A stretch of DNA of 64,000 bases from Elusimicrobiota bacterium (GTDB lineage: Bacteria; Elusimicrobiota; Elusimicrobia; F11). The position numbers and the translations under genes are program-made. The DNA is taken from the NCBI GenBank assembly GCA_046153645.1, contig JBJXGI010000042.1, positions 32,001-96,000 of the forward strand, in the 5' to 3' direction. Positions 11,179 through 21,454 of this stretch are shown piece after piece. A model generated the notes under the pieces. That model was not told the origin of the DNA and made no database searches. It was given only the letters and a program-made list of their open reading frames with translations. The first letter of the stretch is position 1. The number at the start of each line of letters is the position of its first letter.

Positions 11179-11938
11179 TTTTTACCTCGTCCCTTATTTC
11201 ATTGGGCAATTTAGATGCGGCACCCTTATTTAACAACCAAATTAATTCTCCCTTAATAGAGATAATTTTTTGTGCGGGGTACCGGTCTTGCGCAAAATCA
11301 GTTCTAAATATTTCTTTAATAATAGGCGCCTTAGATTCGCCCTGAACTAAAAAGAAGATTCTTTCCGCATTGTTAATAACAGGATAGGTTAAAGTGATTC
11401 GATGGCTATTAAGCCGCTCTACAAAATTAGAAGTGACCAGTTTATTTTTTTCATTCAGTGCCGCTGTTCCTGGAAATAATGAAGCGGTGTGACCATCTTC
11501 ACCAATCCCCATTAACATGAAATCAAACACAGGAACAGAATAGGTCAATTTAAAAAACGCCTTTATTTCACTTTCATAAGCTTTTGCCCCAGCTGATGGC
11601 GGAGTCATTTCTCCTTTCATGCGAAAAATATTATTAGTTGGAATCGGAACCTTCGATAATAAATTATCCATTGCCAATTTATAATTACTGTCTTTATGGT
11701 CAGGAGAAACACATCTCTCATCAACCCAAAACACAAACGTTTTAGACCAAGGAACTCGCGATTTAAAATAGGTATCGCTTAACAGCTGGAATAACTTAAC
11801 GGGAGTTGATCCGCCCGACAACACCAAAGTAAAACGACCATTTTTCTCAACCGCTTTGCTCGCAGACTCGACAATAGATAAAGCAGCCTCTTTATAAAAA
11901 TCTTCGTCGTGGAGAGCAACTTTAATTTGGCGTGACAT
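11171..11938 (-). CDS. pgl: 6-phosphogluconolactonase
   Basis: LSGGSTP, DERCV, SNY, GEDGHTASLFP and RITLT. Confidence 0.93.
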   Translation of the reverse strand: MSRQIKVALHDEDFYKEAALSIVESASKAVEKNGRFTLVLSGGSTPVKLFQLLSDTYFKSRVPWSKTFVFWVDERCVSPDHKDSNYKLAMDNLLSKVPIPTNNIFRMKGEMTPPSAGAKAYESEIKAFFKLTYSVPVFDFMLMGIGEDGHTASLFPGTAALNEKNKLVTSNFVERLNSHRITLTYPVINNAERIFFLVQGESKAPIIKEIFRTDFAQDRYPAQKIISIKGELIWLLNKGAASKLPNEIRDEVKNV

Positions 11939-11939
11939 T

Positions 11940-14756
11940 TTATTTACTAAGCACTTTTCTTAAGATGATTTCGATGTTTTTAAGCCCACGCAGGCCATCT
12001 TTGAAATGAATCCTTAAAGCTCTTCTATTTTTGTGCTGAAGGGCTGATAAATCACCCAACGCTTGAGCCTCTTTAAGCGTGCTAAAAGTAAAAGGTTCGC
12101 CAGCAATCGATAAATCTTTTTTATCATCTGATGTGATTTGTAAAAAGATTCCGGAGTTATCCCCTCCTTTATGAAGCTGCCCGGTTGAATGCAAGAACCG
12201 TGGACCAAACCCGATGGTGGTAGCAATATTTTTTTGATCCAAAACTAACTTTCGAATTTTTTGGAGTTGTTGCTCATAACCTATGTTACGCGTTAAATAA
12301 GCAAGAAGGGCAAAGTAATCTCCGGGTTTAATTGAATTGAACACTTCACTTAAAATTGCCTCAAGTGATTGAGTTTCTTTCAAAAGATTCGCAGCGGCAA
12401 AAACAGAAACTCCCTCTTTTTCAAATATAGGAAGTGGCGCGCCCAAATTTCCTTTTGACGTAAAGGTTTCCAAAAACTCTTTGGTTAAATCTTTTGATTC
12501 TTGTACGTTCGGTTGATCGAAAGGATTAATATCGAGAATCTTACCGGCAATCCCCGTAGCAAATTCCCATCTAAAAAATTCGCCAATCATCTCTTCTTCT
12601 GAATTCAATTTAATATCAATAATCGGATGACCCGCTTTTTTAAGTGCCTTTAAATTATTCGAGGTCTTGCTATCAATTTTGGTATGAATAGAAATGAATA
12701 CGCGGTCATGAGCGTAACCTTTCACTCGAATGGGCTCTGATTCGACAGGGAGAATCCCAACCCCTTCTTTACCGGTACTTTCAGCAATTAGCTGTTCAAC
12801 CCAGGTTGAAAAACTTGCGATATCTTTTGAAAGAATAAATGTGACTTTGTTACGCCCTTGTTTGGCCAGCACTCCTAAAATAGCGCCCAAAACCAAACCG
12901 GGGTTTTTGTCGGTTGGAATTTGAGAACTACAAGCAGCGCTCATTGAATTGGCGATTGATGTTATTTTATGAACATCGAATCCCATAAGCGCGGCGGGCA
13001 ACATGCCAAAAAAGGACAAGGCGGAATATCGCCCACCAATATCTGAGGGGTTTAAAACAATATGGCGGAATTTTTTCTCTTTGGCAATTTTTTCCATCTG
13101 AGTACCGGGATCAGTAATCGCAATAAAGTGATCGCCCGCTTTATCACCTTTTTTCTTTTTGACCAAGTCATAAAAATAAGAAAAGAAGGCATTGGGTTCA
13201 GTTGTTGAGCCTGATTTACTGGCAACGATATAAAGAGTTTTTTCTGGTTTTGATCGACCGGCACGTTCCAAAACAGAACCGGGTTCGGTACTATCTAAAA
13301 TAGCGAATTCAGGGAAACCAGGTTTTTTGCCATAGGTCAGTCTCAACACCTCTGGACATAAACTCGATCCACCCATTCCCAAAAGAAGAATGTTGGTAAA
13401 TTTATTTTTTCGAACATCGTCAGAAATTGATTTAAGAAGGGCCAATTGCCTTTCTACTTTAGAAACCACATCTAACCAACCCAGAGAGTTACTGATAATC
13501 TTTTTATGCGCCTCATCTGATTTCCAAAGAGTGGCATCTTTATCCCATACACGTTTCACCCATGATTCTTTTTGAGCTTGAGAAATGACGGAAGCAACGT
13601 CTTGGTGGTACTTTCCGATATTAAAATTCATGGTTTTAAATTGTTGACTAGTGAGAAGTTCTTTTTTTACATTTACCACCTTCATTAAACTTTCAAAAGA
13701 ACCTGAGAATGATTTCACGCCTTCTTCTTGTAGTTGATTCATAAGATCATCAAAAGAAATACCAAGCTTTTCAATAGCGGGAAGAACTTGTTTTGCCTCA
13801 TTCCATCCTGATTCTAATTTATTGGCCACTTTTCCATGGTCACGGAATGCATCGATGGTTGGTACTGGCATGGTATTAACTGTTAAAGGTCCCACCAATT
13901 CATCAATATAAATAGTATCAGGAACTCTTTTGTCTTTGGCTCCCGTGCTCGCCCACAATAATCGTTGAACTTGAGCGCCTTTGGCTTCCAATTTTTTATA
14001 CCGAGGAGAAGCTACGACATCCACAAAATGCATATAGGCTAATTTTGCATTCGCCAAACCGGCTTTATTCACGAGTGAAACGGCTTGATTATTTCCTTTG
14101 GCAACCAAGTCGTCTAAATGTTTATTAACAATAGTATCAACACGACTCACGAAAAAACTAGCAACAGATGAAATCTGACTAATTTTTTGCCCTTTTTTTA
14201 CCCTCATTTCTAACGCTTTTACATAAGCCTCTAACACTTCTTTATAAGACTCGAGCGAGAATAAAAGAGTCACATTAATATTAACCCCGAGAGATAATAA
14301 TTTTTCAATGGCGGGAATGCCGGCTTTGGTGCCAGGGACTTTAATCATTAAATTTGAACGTTTTACTTTTTTAACCAAACGAAGCGCCTCTTGAACTGTG
14401 GCTTCTGTGTCATTCGCTAAATTGGGATTTACTTCCAAACTCACATAACCATCCGTTCCTTTACTGGAAATAAAAACTTTTTTTAGCGCATCAGCGGCTT
14501 GCTGAATGTCTTTGACGGCCAATTCTTCAAAGATTTCTTCTGTTGATAAATTTTGTGAGGCAAGTTTTTTAATTTCAGCGTCATATTCTGAACTTGATGA
14601 AATAGCTTTTTCAAAAATGGTGGGATTAGAGGTCATTCCTCGAAGACCATCTTGTTCTATATACTTTTTTAGTTCACCTGACTTAAAAAGTGACCGACTA
14701 ATATAATCCAGCCAAAAACTTTGTTTTTCATTCCATAATTGTTGCAGCGTATTCAT
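11940..14756 (-). CDS. Bifunctional transaldolase / glucose-6-phosphate isomerase
   Basis: N-terminal transaldolase (GMTSNPTIF, MIKVP, NVTLLFS); C-terminal PGI (GMGGS, SKSG.T, GGRYS, QLIAESTGK, NPFDQPNV). Confidence 0.93.
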   Translation of the reverse strand: MNTLQQLWNEKQSFWLDYISRSLFKSGELKKYIEQDGLRGMTSNPTIFEKAISSSSEYDAEIKKLASQNLSTEEIFEELAVKDIQQAADALKKVFISSKGTDGYVSLEVNPNLANDTEATVQEALRLVKKVKRSNLMIKVPGTKAGIPAIEKLLSLGVNINVTLLFSLESYKEVLEAYVKALEMRVKKGQKISQISSVASFFVSRVDTIVNKHLDDLVAKGNNQAVSLVNKAGLANAKLAYMHFVDVVASPRYKKLEAKGAQVQRLLWASTGAKDKRVPDTIYIDELVGPLTVNTMPVPTIDAFRDHGKVANKLESGWNEAKQVLPAIEKLGISFDDLMNQLQEEGVKSFSGSFESLMKVVNVKKELLTSQQFKTMNFNIGKYHQDVASVISQAQKESWVKRVWDKDATLWKSDEAHKKIISNSLGWLDVVSKVERQLALLKSISDDVRKNKFTNILLLGMGGSSLCPEVLRLTYGKKPGFPEFAILDSTEPGSVLERAGRSKPEKTLYIVASKSGSTTEPNAFFSYFYDLVKKKKGDKAGDHFIAITDPGTQMEKIAKEKKFRHIVLNPSDIGGRYSALSFFGMLPAALMGFDVHKITSIANSMSAACSSQIPTDKNPGLVLGAILGVLAKQGRNKVTFILSKDIASFSTWVEQLIAESTGKEGVGILPVESEPIRVKGYAHDRVFISIHTKIDSKTSNNLKALKKAGHPIIDIKLNSEEEMIGEFFRWEFATGIAGKILDINPFDQPNVQESKDLTKEFLETFTSKGNLGAPLPIFEKEGVSVFAAANLLKETQSLEAILSEVFNSIKPGDYFALLAYLTRNIGYEQQLQKIRKLVLDQKNIATTIGFGPRFLHSTGQLHKGGDNSGIFLQITSDDKKDLSIAGEPFTFSTLKEAQALGDLSALQHKNRRALRIHFKDGLRGLKNIEIILRKVLSK

Positions 14757-14774
14757 AACTTTCTCCTTGGCATT

Positions 14775-15953
14775 TTACACGGTCAATTTAATAAATTTTC
14801 TTTTTCCTACTTTTAAAACAACAGGACGAACGAGCGAAATTTTCTCTCCCAAAATAACTTTTTTCCCATCTAATTGAACACCACCTTGTTCTATTAAACG
14901 GCGTGCTTCATTTTTTGATGGGAGCAATTTGGCCTTCATAATAATTTCAATAACATCAGTTAAGCCAGGGCTGACTTGAAAAGATTCCATTTCTTCCGGG
15001 TTTTCTTTTTTAGAAAAAACCTGCTCAAAATGATTGAGCGCTTCCTGAGCTGCTTGAATTCCATGATACTTTTCAACAATAAACCCAGCCAATTTCTGTT
15101 TGGCCACTTTTGGATGCAACGTTTTAAGGTCAGTCACATTTTCTTCGGTTAAAAGTTCAAAATATTTCCACATAAGCGCATCCGGAACTGACATCAGCTT
15201 CCCAAACATATCATTAGGAACATCTTTCAAGCCCACATGGTTACCATACGATTTAGACATTTTTCGAACACCGTCTAGTCCTTCCAACAAAGGAAGTGTC
15301 ATCACCACTTGCGGTTCTTGCCCATTTTCTTTTTGAAGTTGGCGACCCATGAGTAAATTAAACAATTGATCATGCCCACCTAATTCAATATCGGCTTTAA
15401 TCGCGACAGAATCATAACCCTGAAATAAAGGATACATGAGTTCTAAGAGTGAAATAGGAAGTCCATTTTTCTTACGCTCAGAAAAATCGTCCCGCTCCAT
15501 AAGTTGCTGAACGGTATGAGTTCTTAAAAGGGCACGAGGTAAAAACTGTGGGCTTTTCCGGTCAAATAAATCATATAACCATTCGCCATTCAAATGAACT
15601 TCGGTTTTTGATTTATCAAGAATATGAAACACCTGTTCTTGATAGGTTTTAATGTTATTGGAAATAATCTCTTCTGTTAAAGGAGGCCGCGTGGTATCTC
15701 GCCCCGAAGGATCACCAATGGACGCTGTAAAATCACCAATAATAAAAACAACCGTGTGGCCCAATTCTTGAAATGTTTTGAGTTTAGTGAGAACCACTGT
15801 GTGCCCTAGGTGAATATCAGGAGCTGTTGGGTCTACTCCCAATTTAATTCTTAAGGGGCGACCCAAGGCCAGTTTTTTCTTGAGTTCTTCAAGAGAAACA
15901 ACATTGGTTGTACCTCGCAAAATGCGAGCGATATCGTTTTCAATATTTTTCAT
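14775..15953 (-). CDS. tyrS: Tyrosine--tRNA ligase
   Basis: [16 protein letters not shown] and C-terminal S4 domain. Confidence 0.96.
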   Translation of the reverse strand: MKNIENDIARILRGTTNVVSLEELKKKLALGRPLRIKLGVDPTAPDIHLGHTVVLTKLKTFQELGHTVVFIIGDFTASIGDPSGRDTTRPPLTEEIISNNIKTYQEQVFHILDKSKTEVHLNGEWLYDLFDRKSPQFLPRALLRTHTVQQLMERDDFSERKKNGLPISLLELMYPLFQGYDSVAIKADIELGGHDQLFNLLMGRQLQKENGQEPQVVMTLPLLEGLDGVRKMSKSYGNHVGLKDVPNDMFGKLMSVPDALMWKYFELLTEENVTDLKTLHPKVAKQKLAGFIVEKYHGIQAAQEALNHFEQVFSKKENPEEMESFQVSPGLTDVIEIIMKAKLLPSKNEARRLIEQGGVQLDGKKVILGEKISLVRPVVLKVGKRKFIKLTV

Positions 15954-16012
15954 TTAGAATCGTGTTTGGTCGGAAAATTGAGATTATAAAAATATGATGG
16001 AATTTACTTCCA

Positions 16013-16378
16013 TTATTTTGCCGGCCTAGAAGGCCAGCGCACCGTCATTACAAGAGACTCTTCAACAGAACGAAACGAATGAGGCACATCGGGACCGAAG
16101 AGAACAAAATCCCCTTCTTTCTTAAGAGAAACTTCTTGGTCCGGAAAAAGTAAGACGAAGTGACCACGAATCAGGACATTAAGAGTTCTAACGGGATTTC
16201 CAGGGGCCCATTGATCACGGGTTTCCCCTTTTGCATGTGTATACCATTTCATTTCTACCTCTTCACTTCTCAATGGATTGTCCTGACCAGGCATGAAATG
16301 TCCGAGAAACCAGCCACGCGTATTTTTTGAAGCATCGTTAACGTTCCCAAAAATTTGAGTCGGGATATTTGATTTCAT
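16013..16378 (-). CDS. Small cupin-fold protein
   Basis: RGWFLGHF, GDFVLFGPDVPHSF and TVRWPS beta-barrel pattern; AGGAG RBS. Confidence 0.7.
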   Translation of the reverse strand: MKSNIPTQIFGNVNDASKNTRGWFLGHFMPGQDNPLRSEEVEMKWYTHAKGETRDQWAPGNPVRTLNVLIRGHFVLLFPDQEVSLKKEGDFVLFGPDVPHSFRSVEESLVMTVRWPSRPAK

Positions 16379-16517
16379 GAGGTTTCTCCTTATAAGTCGC
16401 CACCCAATATATAAATCACAACCGTGTGTTTTTATTTGTGTTTAATACTAAATAAATTTTTAATTTTTTTAGACAGGTATTCTAGAACTATAAATTAAGG
16501 AAATATCATTCAAACAT

Positions 16518-16550
16518 AAAAAAACCGGTCGTTAACGAAATTAACGCCGG
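16518..16550 (-). terminator. Rho-independent terminator after rsmA
   Basis: Minus strand CCGGCGTTAA-TTTCG-TTAACGACCGG followed by T7. Confidence 0.75.
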
Positions 16551-16595
16551 ATTATAGAAGTATAACAGGAGTTCCAAAATTTCTCCAGGGGAAAT

Positions 16596-17375
16596 TTAAC
16601 TATTCTTTAATTTTGTTAAAGCAATAAATTGTTCGGGGGAGAGGTTTTGAGCTCTTAACGTGGGACTAATATTGAGTAGCGCTAGCATTTTTCCAATGGC
16701 TTCTTTATTCATTTGAAGGCCGTGAGAAAGAGAGTTATAAATGGTCTTTCTTCTCTGTTGAAAGGCCGCCTGAACGACTTTTTGACAGGCTGGAATATCA
16801 TCTGTTAAAGGGGTTTTAAGTCTGAAAAGCTTTATTACTGAAGACTTTACCTTTGGCGGGGGGTTAAATGAAGATTCGGATAAATCGAATACCTTTTCAG
16901 ATCTGCAAGAAAGCGCCATACCCACAGAAAGAGCGCCATATTCTTTATCCCCAACCTTAGCGCAGATTCGATCTCCCACTTCTTTTTGAACCATAATGAC
17001 AGCTTCGGTCCAATTCTTCCAATCGCATAATCGTCTCAAAATCGGGGACGTAATATTATAAGGAAGGTTTCCGATAATTTTAAATGAATCAGAATTCAAC
17101 TGATTATCAATAATTTTAAAGTCTAAATCCAAAATATCTTGATTAATAATTTGAACAGAACCTGGCGCATAATTTTTCTTTTCTAAAAGAGCGATCATTT
17201 GAGGATCCACTTCCACAGCAATCACTTTGCATTTCTTGAATAATAAATCAGTTAAAACTCCTTTACCGGGACCAATTTCAAGAACTTGATCTGCTGAGGA
17301 TAAGTTAAGGGCATCCACAATTCTTTGTGCTGCGTGTTGATTGGTGAGAAAATGTTGCCCGTATTTAGCACCCAT
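16596..17375 (-). CDS. rsmA: 16S rRNA adenine dimethyltransferase (KsgA)
   Basis: GQHFL, EIGPGKG, NLPYNI, MVQKEV and QRRKT. Confidence 0.95.
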   Translation of the reverse strand: MGAKYGQHFLTNQHAAQRIVDALNLSSADQVLEIGPGKGVLTDLLFKKCKVIAVEVDPQMIALLEKKNYAPGSVQIINQDILDLDFKIIDNQLNSDSFKIIGNLPYNITSPILRRLCDWKNWTEAVIMVQKEVGDRICAKVGDKEYGALSVGMALSCRSEKVFDLSESSFNPPPKVKSSVIKLFRLKTPLTDDIPACQKVVQAAFQQRRKTIYNSLSHGLQMNKEAIGKMLALLNISPTLRAQNLSPEQFIALTKLKNS

Positions 17376-17378
17376 TAA

Positions 17379-18635
17379 TTAAGCTTCCAACTGTTGTAAT
17401 AATAGAAGAAGGGCTTGATAACAGCTTTTTTGACGAATTTGAAAACGATCTCCGGTGAGTTGAAATTGTTTAACTTCAACATTTTTGGGGCCTGCATATC
17501 CCACATAAATAAGGCCGACTGGTTTTTCTTTGGTTCCACCTTGGGGACCCGCAATCCCTGTAATAGAAAGCGCATGAGTCGCTTTGGATTTATTTTTAAC
17601 GCCCAAAACCATTTCACGCGCGCATTCGTCTGACACGGCGCCAAACTTTTTTAAAGTTGAAGGGTTAACGCCCAAATGGCGAACTTTAGAGGCATTTTGG
17701 TATGTCACCAAACCTTCCAGAAAAATTTTTGATGAGCCCGGAATATCCGTCAGTAATTTTGATAATAAGCCACCTGTACAAGATTCGGCGACAGCTAAGG
17801 TTTTTCTAGCTTTAAGTAATTTATTAAAAATTATTTTTTCAAGGGGCTCAGTTTCATTCGTAAAAATAAAAGAACCAATTCTTTTCTTTATTTCATGAGA
17901 AACAACCTTAATAACTTGATTTACCTGTGATGAAGAACTTCCTTCCACTAAAAACTTTACAGATACAATTCCTTGAGAGGCCAAAATACCATGAGTAATG
18001 ACACATCCATTTAAAGTTAAATATTGATCCACCACGGGGCGAACCAATTGATCAATTTTTGATTCAGGCACTCCCATCACCTGAAACACTTGTTGCTTAA
18101 TCACTTTATGAGGGTTCAACTTTTTTAAAACAGGAAGCACGAAGTGCTTAAAAATGGGGACTAATTCTCTGGTTGGTCCTGGTAATAAAATAACAGTTTT
18201 ATTTTTTATTTGAATAAGTTGCCCGGGTGCTGTGCCGAATGAATTTGGCAATACTTTTCCAGTTTTTAATACATAAGCCTGACGTTTATTTTGCGGAGGC
18301 ATGGGAATGCCCCTTTTGGAAAACTTCTTTTCGATGTCTTCAACCAAACTCGGATTCAACAGAAGCGGACGCTTTAATATCTTTGACCACACATCGCGGG
18401 TAATGTCATCAAAAGTAGGCCCCAAACCACCCGCACAAAGAATAACATCTGCCTGAGCAAACGAATAACGAAATGCTTGCTCCATAAGTTTGGGCTCATC
18501 GCTGACTGTTTGTTCAAGATCAATGGTGTAACCCAAAGATAAAAGCTCTGGTCCCATATAAGAGACATGTGTGTTCACTTTTCCGAGCAACAACTCCGTC
18601 CCTACACAAATGATATGAACTCGTTTTTTAGACAT
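17379..18635 (-). CDS. cinA: Competence/damage-inducible protein CinA (MocF-like domain plus PncC NMN deamidase)
   Basis: GTELLLG, GGLGPTFDD, AESCTGG and TGIAGP.GG. Confidence 0.92.
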   Translation of the reverse strand: MSKKRVHIICVGTELLLGKVNTHVSYMGPELLSLGYTIDLEQTVSDEPKLMEQAFRYSFAQADVILCAGGLGPTFDDITRDVWSKILKRPLLLNPSLVEDIEKKFSKRGIPMPPQNKRQAYVLKTGKVLPNSFGTAPGQLIQIKNKTVILLPGPTRELVPIFKHFVLPVLKKLNPHKVIKQQVFQVMGVPESKIDQLVRPVVDQYLTLNGCVITHGILASQGIVSVKFLVEGSSSSQVNQVIKVVSHEIKKRIGSFIFTNETEPLEKIIFNKLLKARKTLAVAESCTGGLLSKLLTDIPGSSKIFLEGLVTYQNASKVRHLGVNPSTLKKFGAVSDECAREMVLGVKNKSKATHALSITGIAGPQGGTKEKPVGLIYVGYAGPKNVEVKQFQLTGDRFQIRQKSCYQALLLLLQQLEA

Positions 18636-18641
18636 TAAATA

Positions 18642-18935
18642 TTAATTGTACATTCCTGGTTCAGAAGGAGGGTTACTATCCAAAGGAATGGGACCAAATT
18701 TGGCTTCATATTTTTGGATATTATCAGCCAATGCTGCCAAAAAACGTTTGGCGTGCTTAGGACTTGAAATAATTCGTGAGCGCACTTTGGCTTTTGGTTG
18801 TTGAGGAGAAAGAAACATAAAATCCATTAGAAATTCTTGTTCGGAATGGGTAATGAACGCTAAGTTGCAATACATACCTTGTGCAGTCACATCGTCAATT
18901 TCAATTGCGAGTTGCTTCTTTTCTGGTTCTGCCAT
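18642..18935 (-). CDS. DUF3467 family protein
   Basis: GMYCNLAFITHSEQEF...RII.SPKHAKR...YEAKFGPI. Confidence 0.85.
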   Translation of the reverse strand: MAEPEKKQLAIEIDDVTAQGMYCNLAFITHSEQEFLMDFMFLSPQQPKAKVRSRIISSPKHAKRFLAALADNIQKYEAKFGPIPLDSNPPSEPGMYN

Positions 18936-18953
18936 AAGAGACTCCTTTCGTTT

Positions 18954-19679
18954 TTAAGTAAGGTGGGATTCTTGTATCCCAAGATAACATTGTTTAACAC
19001 GATCATTTGATAAAAGTTGGGTGGTGATATCTTGAAGAACAATACAACCAGTTTCCATAACATAGCCGCGCTCTGCCACAGATAATGCAGCTTTCGCATT
19101 TTGTTCAACAAGCAAAATCGTAACCCCTTCTTGATGAAGTCCTTTAATAATTTGAAATACCTTATTAACAATAACGGGCGCCAAACCCATCGAAGGTTCA
19201 TCTAGACAAAGTAATTTGGGTCGACTCATGAGAGCTCGACCCATAGCCAGCATCTGTTGTTCTCCACCAGAAAGTGTTCCACCTAATTGTTTGCTGCGTT
19301 CTTTCAAAACAGGGAAAGACTCTAAAATATTTTCTAAATCTTGTTTAATTTTTTGATGGTCTTTTCTAAAAAATGAACCCATAGATAAATTTTCTTGAAC
19401 GGTTAATAAAGGAAATATTTTTCGCCCTTCCGGAATTTGAACAACACCTTTACGAGTAATTTCATAAGCAGGTAACCCATTAATTTTCTGATGATTAAAG
19501 AAAATTTCACCTGAAGACGGCTTTAAAAGACCTGATAATGTTTTTAAAAAAGTACTTTTTCCAGAACCATTAGCACCAATGAGCGCAACTGCTTCGCCTT
19601 CACCTACTTCTAAATTAATTCCGTGCAAAGCTTTAATATTTCCATAACCCACATGCAAATTTTTGACTTCTAAAATCAT
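18954..19679 (-). CDS. livF: Branched-chain amino acid ABC transporter ATPase
   Basis: GANGSGKST, PEGR, LSGGEQQMLA and DEPSMGL. Confidence 0.92.
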   Translation of the reverse strand: MILEVKNLHVGYGNIKALHGINLEVGEGEAVALIGANGSGKSTFLKTLSGLLKPSSGEIFFNHQKINGLPAYEITRKGVVQIPEGRKIFPLLTVQENLSMGSFFRKDHQKIKQDLENILESFPVLKERSKQLGGTLSGGEQQMLAMGRALMSRPKLLCLDEPSMGLAPVIVNKVFQIIKGLHQEGVTILLVEQNAKAALSVAERGYVMETGCIVLQDITTQLLSNDRVKQCYLGIQESHLT

Positions 19680-20444
19680 TTATATATGCTCCGTCCCTAA
19701 GTACGCCTCAATAACTTTAGAGTTACATTGAATATCATCAGGAGTGCCTTCGGCAATTTTAATGCCATGATCCAGCACATGAACCGTTTTTGAAATTTTC
19801 ATCACTAAACTCATGCGGTGTTCAATCATTAAAATAGTAATGCTTTCTTGTGAAATTTTATGAATGAGTTTGGTAAGTTCAATAGATTCTTGGTGATTCA
19901 TGCCAGCCGTTGGTTCATCTAATAATAAAAGACGTGGTTCCGTGGCCAGCGCGCGAGCAATTTCTAGCAATCTTTGTTCACCATAGGCTAAATTACCAGC
20001 CAATTCATGTGCATGTTTTTCGAGCCCTACAAACTCGAGTCGTTCTTTCGCAGATTTAGCAATTTCTTTTTCTTCTCGATAAAAAGCAGATGTCCGAAAT
20101 AAAGCACTAAAAAGTTCTGAGCGAGTACGGCAATGACGACCGACCATAACATTTTCAAGCACCGTCATATTTTTAAAAAGTCGAATATTTTGAAATGTTC
20201 GAGCTATCCCACGGCGAATGATCCACTGCGGCGTTTCATGATCAATCCGCTCACCAGAAAATTCTATTTCACCTTCATCGGGAGTGTAAACACCTGTCAA
20301 TAAATTAAAAAAGGTTGTTTTCCCCGCCCCATTAGGGCCAATCAGACTTACAATTTCCCCAGTTGAAATTTGGAAATCAACGTCTTGAACTGCTTTAAGC
20401 CCACCAAATGACTTAGATAGTTTTTTCGTGTTCAACAGATTCAT
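19680..20444 (-). CDS. livG: Branched-chain amino acid ABC transporter ATPase
   Basis: GPNGAGKTT, RTFQNIRLF, LAYGEQRLLE and VIEAYLG. Confidence 0.92.
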   Translation of the reverse strand: MNLLNTKKLSKSFGGLKAVQDVDFQISTGEIVSLIGPNGAGKTTFFNLLTGVYTPDEGEIEFSGERIDHETPQWIIRRGIARTFQNIRLFKNMTVLENVMVGRHCRTRSELFSALFRTSAFYREEKEIAKSAKERLEFVGLEKHAHELAGNLAYGEQRLLEIARALATEPRLLLLDEPTAGMNHQESIELTKLIHKISQESITILMIEHRMSLVMKISKTVHVLDHGIKIAEGTPDDIQCNSKVIEAYLGTEHI

Positions 20445-21454
20445 TTCTGTTCCAAATGAATACTCGAATCTTTTGGAATTCCTCTAAATCGTCTTCGACT
20501 GGGCCACAAACCTTCAGGCCTTTTAATGGCTATAACCACAAGTGCGATTCCAAATAAGAAATAACGCCAGCTAACAAGCTCAGCTCCTAAAATATTACGC
20601 AAAATTTCCGGTACCAAAATAACAATAGCCACACCCAACAACGTCCCAATCACTGACCCCATCCCACCAATGACCACCATCGCCACCAACATCACAGATT
20701 CCCAAAACGTAAATGATTCTGGAGTCACAAAATTTTCCCACCGCATAAAAATACATCCTGCAATACCCGCAAACCCCGCACTGATAACAAACCCAATCAT
20801 TTTCATTCGTGTGAGTTCTATTCCTGTTAAACGAGCGGCCACTTCGTCCTCCCGAATGGCCATCCAAGCCCGACCCATCCGTGAATTTTTCAATCTCACA
20901 CTAATTAAAATACATAACATCACAAACCCAAAAATAAGAAAATAAAAATCTCGATTTGAACTAATGGTCCAAAAGAAAAAGGGAATTGGTTTGACGTTTG
21001 AATTGGTTAATAAAGAAATTCCTTTCGGACCATTGGTTAAACCATCCCAATTATTTAAAACAATCCGAGTAATTTCTCCAAATCCTAAGGTAACGATGGC
21101 CAAGTAGTCGCCTCGCAAACGTAAAACAGGTGCGCCGATTAAAAACCGAATGAGCATTGTAATCAAAGTTGAGGTAACGAGCGCCATCCAAAAATTCCAG
21201 CCATACCCTGATAAAAGCGCCATGGAATAAGCCCCGATCGCATAAAAGGCCATAAAACCCAAATCGAGCAAACCTAAAAAACCAACCACCAAATTAAGAC
21301 CCAATGCCATCATCATGTATAAACCCATAATTCCGAATATTCGAATGACATAGGAATAAGAAGTGGATTCAACAAAAAACGGGAAAGTACCAAACAAAAC
21401 CAAGAGGGAAAAAATAGTAATAAATTTTCTGGGTATTTTTAAAAACCAACTCAT
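20441..21454 (-). CDS. livM: Branched-chain amino acid ABC transporter permease
   Basis: GLNLVVGFLGLLDLG, RLRGDYLAIVTLGFGE and AIREDE. Confidence 0.92.
   Translation of the reverse strand: MSWFLKIPRKFITIFSLLVLFGTFPFFVESTSYSYVIRIFGIMGLYMMMALGLNLVVGFLGLLDLGFMAFYAIGAYSMALLSGYGWNFWMALVTSTLITMLIRFLIGAPVLRLRGDYLAIVTLGFGEITRIVLNNWDGLTNGPKGISLLTNSNVKPIPFFFWTISSNRDFYFLIFGFVMLCILISVRLKNSRMGRAWMAIREDEVAARLTGIELTRMKMIGFVISAGFAGIAGCIFMRWENFVTPESFTFWESVMLVAMVVIGGMGSVIGTLLGVAIVILVPEILRNILGAELVSWRYFLFGIALVVIAIKRPEGLWPSRRRFRGIPKDSSIHLEQK

Noticed and set aside
15954..16012. Possible T-box upstream of tyrS
   Set aside because: Only 59 bp of intergenic space and no T-box consensus
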